Positions 10,873 to 19,418 of a DNA stretch of 64,000 nt are shown one piece after another. Every line of letters begins with the position of its first letter. Within the stretch, counting starts at the first letter, position 1. Source of the DNA: a virus. The DNA lies in the IMG/VR virus record IMGVR_UViG_3300045988_176782, positions 64,001 to 128,000 of that record. One strand, 5' to 3'. The translations under genes and the position numbers were made by a program. The notes beneath the pieces were generated by a model that had not been told where the DNA came from, did not search any database, and saw only the letters and a list, made by a program, of their open reading frames with translations.

Positions 10873-11083
10873 CATAAAATTTAAAAGAGTTCGCTAAGCT
10901 CTTCCCATGGGGCTGCATATTACTATGCAGATTAGACTATATCATCACCTTGCGGTGTTTCCCGTTTCAGCCCGCTTGGGCTTACGCCTTTCGGCTAGTC
11001 GTTGAACGTCCCTTATAAAAATAAGGTTTCGCTGCTGATTGACCATTGTTGTATGGTGTTCCCAGCAATTAGAGAAATTTTAC
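10873..11083 (-). mobile_element. ORF-less group I-like intron C (about 211 nt)
   Basis: Contains the same blocks as introns A and B (AAAATTTCTCTAATTGCTGGGAACACC, AATCAGCAGCGAAAC, GATATAGTCTAATCT plus a hairpin, and an AAATTTTATG end). Removing it joins two in-frame coding segments. Confidence 0.5.
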
Positions 11084-11689
11084 ATGGACGTGTATCAGTT
11101 CATCCATTTCTTTTTTAGCGTCTTGACCACTACGGATTTTCTTATTAATTAAGAGTCCGACCTCGCACAGTCTCTTGGCATCGTCGCGCTAAGTTGCTGT
11201 TACAAGGTTTTGCGTAGCAAGTAAATCATTATATAAATCTTCCAAATAATGATAATCTTCAACTGTTCTTTCAATTTCGGCGGGCCATTTTCGTTGCATT
11301 CTTAGCATAAAGGCTTCATCTGCGCCATCTAAAAAGTCGCCTAATGTTCCAAAACTTTCCTCTTCCTTCCACTTCTCATTCATTGTTTCCCAATCAACAG
11401 ATTGGTAAGTTGGATTTTCACTAATTTGTTTGGCGTAAAGGTGAAGTGTGCGCTCTTTTCCGGAGCGTGCTAACTTCGTCCAAAGCTCCACACTAAATGG
11501 CCAGTCAAGCCACTACATCAACTTATTAACTGCGGCCAGGTCATCGTATGGAACCATACGCTCCAAACAATCAGTACAAAAGAGGCTTGTGCCCGCGACT
11601 TGGAAGGGGCTTTTGGTTTTTAGATATTCGGTTTGGGTTTTTTCTATCTTGCATTTTGGGCAGCGTCTTGTTTTTTCTATTCCTGCCAT
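11084..11689 (-). CDS. small-terminase-like protein, exon 1 (N-terminal zinc ribbon)
   Basis: GGAGG then ATG at 11689. Begins MAGIEKTRRCPKCK..LFCTDC. Reads through two TAGs (about 11500 and 11189-11191). The terS call rests on position immediately upstream of terL. Confidence 0.5.
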
Positions 11690-13005
11690 TATTGAGTTTC
11701 CTCCTATTTTTTACAGTTTGCTTCTTTGCGTTGGCGCCGCATTTTTTGGCACACCTTACACTATACACAATAACCGGTTTTGGTCGCTTTGTTGCGTCCA
11801 TAATAGAGTTCGTGAAGTGGTTTAAGTTGTCCGCAACAAGTGCACCGTTGGAGAGGAATTTTTTTTGTTTCTGTATCGCTTTGTATCCGCAAAATAGTGG
11901 CGGTTTTAGCGATTTTTTGAGGAATTACTTTTTTCATTAGATTAGAAACTTGCTAATCAGATAAACAAAAACCTTCTTCAATTAAAATTTTTTGAATTAA
12001 TGCTATACTGCGGTGTGCAACACGTTGGCGCAATAGGAAGGTTTCAAGGTCGGTTAATTTCGTATTTTCAATAAGGCGTTCTAAGTCCCAACAAATCATT
12101 CGTGTGGTGCTGTCAGGGTGGGGATAAGAGCGCTTTAAGAGAGAAACATAATTATCAAGTAGGGCGATGATGTGTTCGTAATTTTCGTAATTTAATTTAT
12201 TGTCGGAAATCTTCCAATACATTTTAGAAGCAGAGTTGCGTTCTGCGTCCTCATAGGAAGGTTGCTCGGTGTCGTAGGGTTTTGGTTTGCGTTTGCGGAC
12301 GCACCATTCTTCTTCCTCAAGCCATAGGCCGGTGTTGCTTTCAAAATCAACTGGGCCTTTGGTTGGCGGCGCAATATTAAAGAAATGGAGGGTTGGATTA
12401 TATGAATCTTTAATGTAGTATTGTTGGCGGCGCAAATCAATTAAAAGATGTTGCATTTTATACAACTAATACTTCGTAATGGGGTGCGCCCTTACCCATT
12501 CGTCAGGCGGAATTTTGCCTCTATACATATCATAATGCAAAGAAATGCGGTCAATAGATTTCCAAAGTTCCCTCATAAAAGGTATTTCGTTTCCTTCATT
12601 GTCAAAGTCGTCGCCATATTCTAAAATGTTGCCGTTTTCATCGTATTTGGTGCGGCGAATTTCCTACTTAAAAACTTTGTAGGGGGATTTGTTTTCGGGG
12701 GAGACGGGTTTGGCGTTGTTTTCTATGTCTTGCGCCACAACCGGGTCTTCCAGGAGCGTGTCAAGGGATTCAGTTTCTTCGGCTTTGGTTTGGAAACTGC
12801 TGTAGCGGCGTTTAGGTTGGAGGATTTCTTTGGTGTCAACTACACTTAGATTTTGGTCGTCTTTGCCGTAGAGGATGTAATCCGCCATTTGCTCCAGGTC
12901 GGTGTGATTTGGGGTTTGGGGTAACTCATCCAATATTTCTGCTATGGCATCTATGCGGTCATAGGTTGAATATATATCGTAGTTTAAACTGTAAGCTTTT
13001 TTCAT
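11689..13005 (-). CDS. putative late transcription regulator (sigma region-4-like HTH, C-terminal zinc ribbon), 438 aa if all TAGs are read through
   Basis: ATG at 13005 with AAAGGTGA RBS. Track ORFs 12664..13293 (from internal Met) and 11953..12465 plus an 82-codon CxxC ORF are all in one frame, joined by TAGs (12664-6, 12466-8, 11953-5 and two more). The LTDLETFLLRQRVAHRSIALIQKIL segment resembles an HTH. Confidence 0.45.
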
Positions 13006-13099
13006 AGGGTCACCTTTTTTATTTTTCCCGGAAAGTATATCCGGGGTTAGGTTTGTTTTTTTGTTGTAGAGAAATTTGACTTCTTTTCTTTTTTGTTTT

Positions 13100-13128
13100 A
13101 TTTTAGAATAAAATTTTTGTTTTGTCAA
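13100..13128 (-). promoter_or_regulatory. sigma-A-type promoter for the minus-strand regulator gene
   Basis: On the minus strand: TTGACA, 17 nt spacer, TAAAAT. Confidence 0.5.
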
Positions 13129-13217
13129 ATTTTTTGATAGGAGAAAGGGAAGAGAGTGGAAGAAGAAAACGAAAAATGAGTTCTGGCGGGAATTGACCAG
13201 ACCCGGCGTGTCTGGGC

Positions 13218-13295
13218 ATTTGTCGTTTTTGGCCTCCCCGAAACCATACCCGCCATTGCCACATGTGGGAATGATAGCGGCCAAAAACGACAAAT
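13218..13295. repeat. perfect 17-bp inverted repeat with 44-nt GC-rich loop
   Basis: ATTTGTCGTTTTTGGCC (13218-13234) is the exact reverse complement of GGCCAAAAACGACAAAT (13279-13295). Confidence 0.85.
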
Positions 13296-13305
13296 TCGCT
13301 TATTT

Positions 13306-13360
13306 TTTTTGTTCATAGTTTGTTTACAGTTTGTTCATAGTTTGTTTACAGTTTGTTCAT
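13306..13360 (+). repeat. five phased 11-bp GTTTGTT repeats (a 22-bp unit twice, plus one)
   Basis: AGTTTGTTTACAGTTTGTTCAT occurs twice in tandem (13317-13338 and 13339-13360), preceded by TTTGTTCAT. Confidence 0.85.
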
Positions 13361-13369
13361 AAAAAACTA

Positions 13370-13398
13370 TTGCATTATTCTGCCGTTTATGATAATAT
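13370..13398 (+). promoter_or_regulatory. early promoter (TTGCAT, 17 nt, TG-n-TAATAT)
   Basis: The hexamers and the 17-nt spacer were read directly. Followed by a roughly 180-nt leader with hairpins before the ATG at 13580. Confidence 0.55.
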
Positions 13399-13579
13399 AT
13401 AACCGTGCTCAAAAGAAAGCACAAGCCGGGAACGGAAACTAACGGGAACGGCTTGCAATTTGAAAACTAAATAGCCGGAACCCTTGTATGTTGAGCGAGT
13501 GCCTAGAAGTAGGTGAAACACTTGCGAGGAAAACAGACAAGGCAAGCGGAAACATAAAAAAAGAAAGAAGGTTTTCACA

Positions 13580-14245
13580 ATGGCAAAAATGGGAAAAAAG
13601 CAAACAGCAGAAAAAATCAATCAGTACGCGGCACTATCGCATGATAAGCTGCAAAGCGGCAGCAAAGACACGGCAATTTTGCCCAAATGGGTTGAGACTG
13701 TCAATCGCTGTGCATGTAATGGCGAGCGGCTCGCCGTCAATGACGTAAAAGCTCGTAAAGCGGATAAAACTGATATTATCATGATCATCAATGGAAAGCG
13801 CTGCAAAGTTGAGGTAAAATGCAGCGCTGGAGCTGTTTTTTATGCGAAAAAAGACGGCTTCGGAAATGCGCTGGACTTGCCGGAAACACTGGATAATTTT
13901 AATGAATCGGATATTTTGCCTGACGCTGATTTTGTTATCTACACGCCGGACACGTTTTCAGAATGGCTTGAAAACCCTGCACAGGTTATAAAAAGCTGTT
14001 TTGTAATGACGCGCCAAGATTTTATTGGATTGTTACTTGCCACAACGAAAGGCAAAAACTACGGTTTGAAAATTGACAAGGCGCGCGGACAAGTCACAAT
14101 GTGCAACATGGTGGATAAAAAGCGGAATAAAGAAACGGGCGAAATCAAGTACTACACCAGTCGGCTGGATAGAGCATGGGATTATATCGAATCCCACAAT
14201 TTCCCCACCGTGGAAAGCTGGCTCAAGGAATTGGGAAGGCTATAA
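13580..14245 (+). CDS. immediate-early protein, possible PD-(D/E)xK-type nuclease, 221 aa
   Basis: Intact ORF with GAAAGAAGG RBS. DKTDIIM..CKVEVKC resembles a D..ExK core. GC content is visibly higher than in the neighbours. Confidence 0.5.
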   Translation: MAKMGKKQTAEKINQYAALSHDKLQSGSKDTAILPKWVETVNRCACNGERLAVNDVKARKADKTDIIMIINGKRCKVEVKCSAGAVFYAKKDGFGNALDLPETLDNFNESDILPDADFVIYTPDTFSEWLENPAQVIKSCFVMTRQDFIGLLLATTKGKNYGLKIDKARGQVTMCNMVDKKRNKETGEIKYYTSRLDRAWDYIESHNFPTVESWLKELGRL

Positions 14246-14290
14246 AAGCCTTCCCCTTCTTCCCACATTAAAAGAAAAGAGGTTAATAAA

Positions 14291-14464
14291 ATGAAGCTGG
14301 CTATTATCACCACTTGTCCTATTGGTAAAAAGATTCGCAACCGGCCGGGCTGGTATTTGGTGCGAATTGATGAAGTTGGCGCCGCATGTGCCTACGCTGA
14401 AATGTTAGCAGAAAAGCTAGACAAGTTGCCTGGTAGTTGGCTGGTTGATACGGTCAAGGCGTAA
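14291..14464 (+). CDS. small early protein, 57 aa
   Basis: AGAGGTTAATAAAATG RBS context, the same as the gene at 14693. Below the ORF-track size cutoff. The stop lies in the hairpin CAAGGCGTAAGCCTTG. Confidence 0.5.
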   Translation: MKLAIITTCPIGKKIRNRPGWYLVRIDEVGAACAYAEMLAEKLDKLPGSWLVDTVKA

Positions 14465-14497
14465 GCCTTGACCGACTTTATAGAAAGGTGGTTTACA

Positions 14498-14656
14498 ATG
14501 GTACTTCTAAAATGGTATGTAATGGGCTTGCTCAGACGATTGATAGGAACAGGAACGGCGCTCGCACTTGCTCAATGGGCAATCAGAAAGCTACGGAAAC
14601 ACCGGGAAGAAATAAAGGCGCTCATATTGAAAAAGCTAAATAAAGGGAAGGCGTAA
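14498..14656 (+). CDS. small membrane protein, 52 aa
   Basis: AAAGGTGG RBS, then ATG inside track ORF 14468..14656. Hydrophobic N-half and a Lys/Arg-rich tail. Confidence 0.5.
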   Translation: MVLLKWYVMGLLRRLIGTGTALALAQWAIRKLRKHREEIKALILKKLNKGKA

Positions 14657-14692
14657 AGCCTTCCCTCCAATTCTGAAAGAGAGGTTAATAAA

Positions 14693-14920
14693 ATGAAAAA
14701 TTCAAACTACTATTCTAGGAAAATTCTTCATCAAGAAATCAAGTATTTGCATGGGTTACTTGAGCAACTTGAGCTTAAAAACAACCTACTTCATAAAGTC
14801 GCCGTCAAACATGGCTATACAACCATTATTGATATAAGCATAAATGCGAACAACCTAAATTGCAACTATTATCAAGGGCGATTGACGGGCATCAAGTTGG
14901 CATTAAAACTAATGCAATAA
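14693..14920 (+). CDS. early protein, 75 aa
   Basis: Intact ORF with a good RBS, ends in TAA. Confidence 0.55.
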   Translation: MKNSNYYSRKILHQEIKYLHGLLEQLELKNNLLHKVAVKHGYTTIIDISINANNLNCNYYQGRLTGIKLALKLMQ

Positions 14921-14926
14921 AAGAAG

Positions 14927-14951
14927 AAGGGCGAAGGCCCTTTCTTTTTTT
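14927..14951 (+). terminator. rho-independent terminator of the first early operon
   Basis: AAGGGC-GAAG-GCCCTT hairpin followed by TTCTTTTTTT. Confidence 0.65.
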
Positions 14952-14952
14952 A

Positions 14953-15060
14953 GCATATAGGCGAACATATGTTCGGCGAATGTATGTTCGTATAGGAATA
15001 TATGAACAGTCATTCATATGAACAACCATTCATATATAAAGAATGAATATTCATACATGT
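14953..15060. promoter_or_regulatory. cluster of ATATGAAC/GTTCATAT half-sites (operator-like)
   Basis: Contains CGAACATATGTTCG (a perfect 14-bp palindrome), GAATGTATGTTCG, TATATGAACAG, TCATATGAACAA, TTCATATAT and GAATATTC within about 100 bp. Confidence 0.6.
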
Positions 15061-15115
15061 ATATACAATGTATATTTTGGCCATATTCATACCAGAAAAG
15101 ACAAAGATTTTTTCC

Positions 15116-15130
15116 TTATGTTAAACATAA
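15116..15130 (+). promoter_or_regulatory. early-cassette palindrome TTATGTT-N-AACATAA, copy 1/28
   Basis: Exact 7-1-7 inverted repeat. A -35-like CTTGCG and a TATAAT lie downstream. Confidence 0.9.
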
Positions 15131-15202
15131 GGAAAAGAAACTTGCGCTTTTATGCAAAGTATGCTATAATAAGGCGAAGCCGATAGAAAGAAGGTATCTA
15201 CC

Positions 15203-15433
15203 ATGTATAACTATGCACCCACTGCATCACTTTACCATGCTAAAGCGCTCACCCACCATGTCAATGTGCACCGTTTGCGCCTGCGCCGTTCCTACCACAG
15301 CGTTATTAACTGGCAGGGCGCGGGACATTACGGTTGCGAGCTGGGCTGGAAGCTGCTGAAGCTGCTATTGGTCGGAGCTGGAGCTGCTTCCTTCCCCGTT
15401 GCGTTTATCCTTTGGTGGTTCGGCATTGTATAA
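15203..15433 (+). CDS. early cassette protein, 76 aa, C-terminal transmembrane segment
   Basis: GAAAGAAGG RBS. His/Arg-rich N-part then LLLVGAGAASFPVAFILWWFGIV. Confidence 0.6.
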   Translation: MYNYAPTASLYHAKALTHHVNVHRLRLRRSYHSVINWQGAGHYGCELGWKLLKLLLVGAGAASFPVAFILWWFGIV

Positions 15434-15456
15434 TGCCGAACTGCATTTGATTTTCC

Positions 15457-15471
15457 TTATGTTAGACATAA
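15457..15471 (+). promoter_or_regulatory. early-cassette palindrome, copy 2/28
   Basis: TTATGTTAGACATAA (one mismatch). TTTACA and TATAAT lie downstream. Confidence 0.85.
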
Positions 15472-15557
15472 AGAAAAAAGACTTTACAAAATCTCAAAAC
15501 TATAATATAATATAATCAACCCGAAAGGGCATAATTTAGAAAGAAGGTTAAACTATA

Positions 15558-15839
15558 ATGATGAACGCCGCCGCCGCTATGCGCAAGATAACCGAAACTG
15601 CTCGTTTGGATTTAGGCACGCAAGTCATAGACCATTGGATTGAGACAGTGGTTATTCCCGAAATGAAAGAACTGGCCGAACTCGGACTTTCCAATTATGT
15701 AGTTAATAATTGTCCCACTTTTCGCGATACAGAAATCAATAAGCAACTTTGCCAATATACTGGAAAAATTCTCAATGAAAACGGATACGACTACAGCACC
15801 AACAAAGAAAAAACCAAAATTGCAATCATCTATTGGTAA
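15558..15839 (+). CDS. early cassette protein, 93 aa
   Basis: Cassette promoter and RBS upstream. The stop lies inside the hairpin TGGTAAGGC..GCCTTACCA. Confidence 0.6.
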   Translation: MMNAAAAMRKITETARLDLGTQVIDHWIETVVIPEMKELAELGLSNYVVNNCPTFRDTEINKQLCQYTGKILNENGYDYSTNKEKTKIAIIYW

Positions 15840-15877
15840 GGCGCGAGCCTTACCATTTTATTTCATTTTCTTTTTCC

Positions 15878-15892
15878 TTATGTTAAACATAA
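15878..15892 (+). promoter_or_regulatory. early-cassette palindrome, copy 3/28
   Basis: Exact repeat. Promoter and GTTCC..GGAAC leader lie downstream. Confidence 0.9.
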
Positions 15893-15984
15893 AGAAAAAA
15901 CCTATTGCAATTCTCCCAAAACTATGTTATCATATAATCGTTCCAAGGGAACACACCAATTACATTCTGAAAGGGGTTTATACT

Positions 15985-16176
15985 ATGTTTAGCGCTTACT
16001 ATGCTCCCGCCACCGTTTCCAAAGGGTATTTTGTTGATTCTGTTCTGCGCTCCACTTCCCGCCGTCTTTTGAAATACTTGGGCTGCGTCAATATTCAAAT
16101 TTCAAAAGTGGAAGATAATCGTTTTTTATCTTTCCTTTACTGCTCCGAACTATCCCGAAACCTTGAGCAAAATTGA
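15985..16176 (+). CDS. early cassette protein, 63 aa
   Basis: AAAGGGG RBS, then internal ATG of track ORF 15775..16176. Confidence 0.5.
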   Translation: MFSAYYAPATVSKGYFVDSVLRSTSRRLLKYLGCVNIQISKVEDNRFLSFLYCSELSRNLEQN

Positions 16177-16229
16177 ATTGGTTTTGGCCGCTTATGTCTA
16201 AGCGGCCACCTATTTCATTTTCTTTTTCC

Positions 16230-16244
16230 TTATGTTAGACATAA
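16230..16244 (+). promoter_or_regulatory. early-cassette palindrome, copy 4/28
   Basis: TTATGTTAGACATAA. TTGCGC and TATACT lie downstream. Confidence 0.85.
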
Positions 16245-16331
16245 AGAAAAACCCCTTGCGCAAAACCCAAAACTATGTTATACTTGTATCGTTCCAAAGG
16301 GGAACAGAATTTATTGAAAGGTGGTCATACC

Positions 16332-16640
16332 ATGATTAACATTCGCACGATTCGCAAGCTCTCTAATAACGACGGTCTTACTCTCAAAAAAGGCAAGAAA
16401 ATTGCCTACAAAACCGGTTGGCAAGTAGCCGACCATGGTGTAGAATGCAAAACGCCGGAAGCTGCTATCAAAGCTGTGCGCGGGCTGGGCGGCGATTGTG
16501 GTATTTGGTACAGTGATGGAATTTACTATATTGACCACAGCTTCCGTGTAGATACCAAAAAGAAGGCGCTGGAAATTGGGCGGCGGCACAATCAGATTTC
16601 CGTTCTCGGTTGGCGTAAAATGAACTTGGCGTATTGCTAA
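16332..16640 (+). CDS. early cassette protein, 102 aa
   Basis: GAAAGGTGG RBS, then internal ATG of track ORF 16275..16640. Confidence 0.6.
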   Translation: MINIRTIRKLSNNDGLTLKKGKKIAYKTGWQVADHGVECKTPEAAIKAVRGLGGDCGIWYSDGIYYIDHSFRVDTKKKALEIGRRHNQISVLGWRKMNLAYC

Positions 16641-16660
16641 TACGCCATCCCCTATTTTCC

Positions 16661-16675
16661 TTATGTTAAACATAA
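16661..16675 (+). promoter_or_regulatory. early-cassette palindrome, copy 5/28
   Basis: Exact repeat. TTGACA and TATAAT lie downstream. Confidence 0.9.
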
Positions 16676-16747
16676 AGAAAATAATCTTGACAACACTGTC
16701 CTATTTTAGTATAATACAATTACCAAATAACGAAAGGGGTTTTCACC

Positions 16748-16909
16748 ATGACGAATTACTACTACATCCACAACGAACACGGCTATCTTGTTACCTATGA
16801 CGAGATGATTGAAATTTGCCGCAACGAATATGATTGCGATGACCCTACTAATTCTCTAAGCTGGAAGGAATATTTCACCAAAACACGATATGTTGTGCCT
16901 TGCGAATAA
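16748..16909 (+). CDS. early cassette protein, 53 aa
   Basis: Full cassette upstream with AAAGGGG RBS. Below the ORF-track cutoff. Translated by hand. Confidence 0.5.
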   Translation: MTNYYYIHNEHGYLVTYDEMIEICRNEYDCDDPTNSLSWKEYFTKTRYVVPCE

Positions 16910-16926
16910 GCAAGGTCATATTTTCC

Positions 16927-16941
16927 TTATGTTTAACATAA
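16927..16941 (+). promoter_or_regulatory. early-cassette palindrome, copy 6/28
   Basis: TTATGTTTAACATAA (central T). Promoter lies downstream. Confidence 0.9.
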
Positions 16942-17026
16942 AGAAAAAGGTCTTGCACTTTCCGCGCCATTATGTTATTATGTAGGTGTTCCAAAGGGAA
17001 CGGAATAATGAAAGGTGGTTGTGATC

Positions 17027-17374
17027 ATGTTTGAATCTCGTGAAAATCTTCTAGATGAAATCATTTCGCAGGCCATTTCTGATGAAGTTTTCTGCCACAA
17101 CGTTCTCAAGCCCACCATTGAAGATTATGGCGATACAGCTGATGAAGCTGAATGGAAAACTACCGCGCAGGTCGCGGTTGGCGGCTATGTAAAGGATAAT
17201 TTTTCCGTGGAGCTGAGTCAAGCGTGGAAAATCGCGCAAAACCTTTTCACCAAGGAAGATATTGAGTATATGGCCGATGCCTTTATGAACTACTATGAAG
17301 AAGAAATTGAGGAAGCGCGAGCCGAATCCATTGAAAGGCATAAAGCAAAAATGAAAGAACTTTTTGGGGAGTAA
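17027..17374 (+). CDS. early cassette protein, 115 aa, acidic
   Basis: AAAGGTGG RBS, then ATG inside track ORF 17015..17374. Confidence 0.6.
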   Translation: MFESRENLLDEIISQAISDEVFCHNVLKPTIEDYGDTADEAEWKTTAQVAVGGYVKDNFSVELSQAWKIAQNLFTKEDIEYMADAFMNYYEEEIEEARAESIERHKAKMKELFGE

Positions 17375-17400
17375 AGTCCCCAATTTCATTTTTATTTTCT

Positions 17401-17415
17401 TTATGTTAAACATAA
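17401..17415 (+). promoter_or_regulatory. early-cassette palindrome, copy 7/28
   Basis: Exact repeat. TTGCAA and TATACT lie downstream. Confidence 0.9.
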
Positions 17416-17502
17416 AGAAAAGAAGATTGCAATTTTCCCTTTAATATAGTATACTTATATCGTCCAAAAGGACATACCAATTTTAGAAAGAAGGTTTTTA
17501 CT

Positions 17503-17811
17503 ATGACAAAGGTTTCGGAACTCGTCTTTTCCAATCACTGTTTGCAGGAACGTCTTTACCGCATCAATCTAATTGAGGAAAAAATTGGTTATGGGCAGAT
17601 TGTAAAAGAATCCTATTGGCGCGGAAGTTATCATTTTCTAACTGACACTGGCGTGGCGTTTGTGGTAGATAATGATAAGCATTATATCATTACTCTTTAT
17701 TTGGTAGATGAAGGACAAGCAAATCGTTTGTACGGCGGAAAAATTCCTAAAAGTTTGCAAAAGAAAATCAGTAAAAATATTTCAATGGGATATGTAAAAT
17801 TGAGGGATTAA
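17503..17811 (+). CDS. early cassette protein, 102 aa
   Basis: Cassette and RBS upstream. Intact ORF. Confidence 0.6.
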   Translation: MTKVSELVFSNHCLQERLYRINLIEEKIGYGQIVKESYWRGSYHFLTDTGVAFVVDNDKHYIITLYLVDEGQANRLYGGKIPKSLQKKISKNISMGYVKLRD

Positions 17812-17830
17812 AATCCCTCTCTGTTTTTCT

Positions 17831-17845
17831 TTATGTTAAACATAA
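17831..17845 (+). promoter_or_regulatory. early-cassette palindrome, copy 8/28
   Basis: Exact repeat. TTGACA and TATAAT lie downstream. Confidence 0.9.
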
Positions 17846-17935
17846 AGAAAATCCCTCTTGACAAATTACGCCACTTCCTTTATAATTAAGACGTTCCCAG
17901 AAGGGAGCAACCAAAAACGAAAGGTGGTTTTCACT

Positions 17936-18271
17936 ATGATGACTTCTTCTACCTTCTACTTTGACCGTGCCCGCAATGGTTACGTATTCCGCCGTATGAA
18001 CCGCGCAGAATGGTACGAGACTTCTCATCTACTCCGCCGCTTCCACCTGACCGAAGGAATGGTGTTGGGGAGCTGGTACGAGGAACAGTTCTTCATGTTC
18101 TACAGTGGCTATGAGGGCTATGGCGTAGAAATCTCACCGTTGGACTCTGGCAAGACGAGCTACATCATGAGCTGCCGCCGTCTTTACCAGCTGGCCGAGA
18201 GCGAAGAAGAGCGGCGAACCCAACTGGAAAATGCACGCGAATGGTATAACAAATATATTAAGGCTCATTGA
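17936..18271 (+). CDS. early cassette protein, 111 aa
   Basis: GAAAGGTGG RBS, then internal ATG of track ORF 17858..18271. Confidence 0.6.
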   Translation: MMTSSTFYFDRARNGYVFRRMNRAEWYETSHLLRRFHLTEGMVLGSWYEEQFFMFYSGYEGYGVEISPLDSGKTSYIMSCRRLYQLAESEEERRTQLENAREWYNKYIKAH

Positions 18272-18292
18272 GCCTTAATTTTATTTTCTTCC

Positions 18293-18307
18293 TTATGTTA
18301 AACATAA
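18293..18307 (+). promoter_or_regulatory. early-cassette palindrome, copy 9/28
   Basis: Exact repeat. TTGCAT and TACTAT lie downstream. Confidence 0.9.
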
Positions 18308-18394
18308 AGAAAATGGTATTGCATTTTCTTCCCCGATATGATACTATATAGGTGTTCCAAGGGGAACGAAATAAAGAAAAGGACGGTGCAAACT

Positions 18395-18616
18395 ATGTAT
18401 ACTAAAATTGATAAACGACAGGCGCGCAAACTCTGGAATGAGGGCAAAAATTTTACTATGGTATCTTGCAATCTGCGGCCAGAGTTTGGAATCAATGTAA
18501 ATTCTGCGAGCTGGAAGCAACTTAAGGACTTTGATAAGCTCATCAATGAGTTTAGCTATTATAACTGCGGAGACTCTGCGCGTGGCCGCTACCCGGCATT
18601 TTATGTGGAGCTGTAA
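18395..18616 (+). CDS. early cassette protein, 73 aa
   Basis: AAAAGGA RBS, then internal ATG of track ORF 18338..18616. Confidence 0.55.
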   Translation: MYTKIDKRQARKLWNEGKNFTMVSCNLRPEFGINVNSASWKQLKDFDKLINEFSYYNCGDSARGRYPAFYVEL

Positions 18617-18633
18617 AAGCTCCACTATATTCT

Positions 18634-18648
18634 TTATGTTAAACATAA
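18634..18648 (+). promoter_or_regulatory. early-cassette palindrome, copy 10/28
   Basis: Exact repeat. TTGACA and TATTAT lie downstream. Confidence 0.9.
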
Positions 18649-18725
18649 GGAAGCTGGCATTGACACAAACAAAAACTTTTGATATTATATAGATGTTCTA
18701 AGGAACAAGAAAGGAAGTAAAAGGT

Positions 18726-19118
18726 ATGACGATTGGTGCTTGGATTTTGGTTATTATCTTGGGTATTATTGGAATTGGTTTTGCTATATTTTATTTTCTT
18801 GACGATGAAAAAACTCATGGACTGGTGGCTATACTAATTACTATTATTGTAATTGGTGGTCTAATCCTTGGTTTGTCTTGGTTTTATAATAATACTGGTT
18901 CTGGCCTCCGTGCAATGAAAGACCAGCAGAGCAATCTTAACAACGGTATCAACCGCGACATTAAAGTTGTTGAAAGCAATGGTTTTGTTTCCTACGAATT
19001 TAGCGGCAAGGCTGATTTGGAAACGCACGACGATTATATTGTATTTGAAAGTGAAGGTAAGCGCACTATTATTTACAAGAGTTATACTAGCACGATTGTA
19101 ATTACGGAAATTGATTAA
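18726..19118 (+). CDS. membrane protein, 130 aa, two N-terminal TM helices
   Basis: Hydrophobic stretches AWILVIILGIIGIGFAIFYF and LVAILITIIVIGGLILGLSWF. Confidence 0.6.
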   Translation: MTIGAWILVIILGIIGIGFAIFYFLDDEKTHGLVAILITIIVIGGLILGLSWFYNNTGSGLRAMKDQQSNLNNGINRDIKVVESNGFVSYEFSGKADLETHDDYIVFESEGKRTIIYKSYTSTIVITEID

Positions 19119-19146
19119 AGGGAGACTTCTCCCTTCCTTAAATTCT

Positions 19147-19161
19147 TTATGTTAAACATAA
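19147..19161 (+). promoter_or_regulatory. early-cassette palindrome, copy 11/28
   Basis: Exact repeat. TTGACA and TATAAT lie downstream. Confidence 0.9.
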
Positions 19162-19226
19162 AGAAAAAATAATTGACACAAAAATAATTTTCTGTTATAA
19201 TCTTTTTACGAAAGGGGTTGAAAGAT

Positions 19227-19418
19227 ATGGATAATTCAAAGTACCCTATGATTTTTGGTCAAGGTGAGCGATTGGGATACTATGCCTATGTGTTGGACTG
19301 GAATAGTTGTTGCGTCAAGTTGCGTATTCCTGTTGGTATGTTTACATTTTTCTATGATGAATGGTATAGCTGGGATGAAGCCATGGAGCTGTATAATTTT
19401 GAAGGAGTTGAGCTGTAA
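19227..19418 (+). CDS. early cassette protein, 63 aa
   Basis: AAAGGGG RBS, then ATG inside track ORF 19218..19418. Confidence 0.5.
   Translation: MDNSKYPMIFGQGERLGYYAYVLDWNSCCVKLRIPVGMFTFFYDEWYSWDEAMELYNFEGVEL

Noticed and set aside
11448-11940. Plus-strand ORFs of 125-130 aa antisense to the terS-like gene and the regulator's zinc-ribbon region.
   Set aside because: Their sequence is hydrophobic and low-complexity, with no SD. The opposite strand gives a coherent zinc-ribbon/terS-like reading once TAG is treated as sense.
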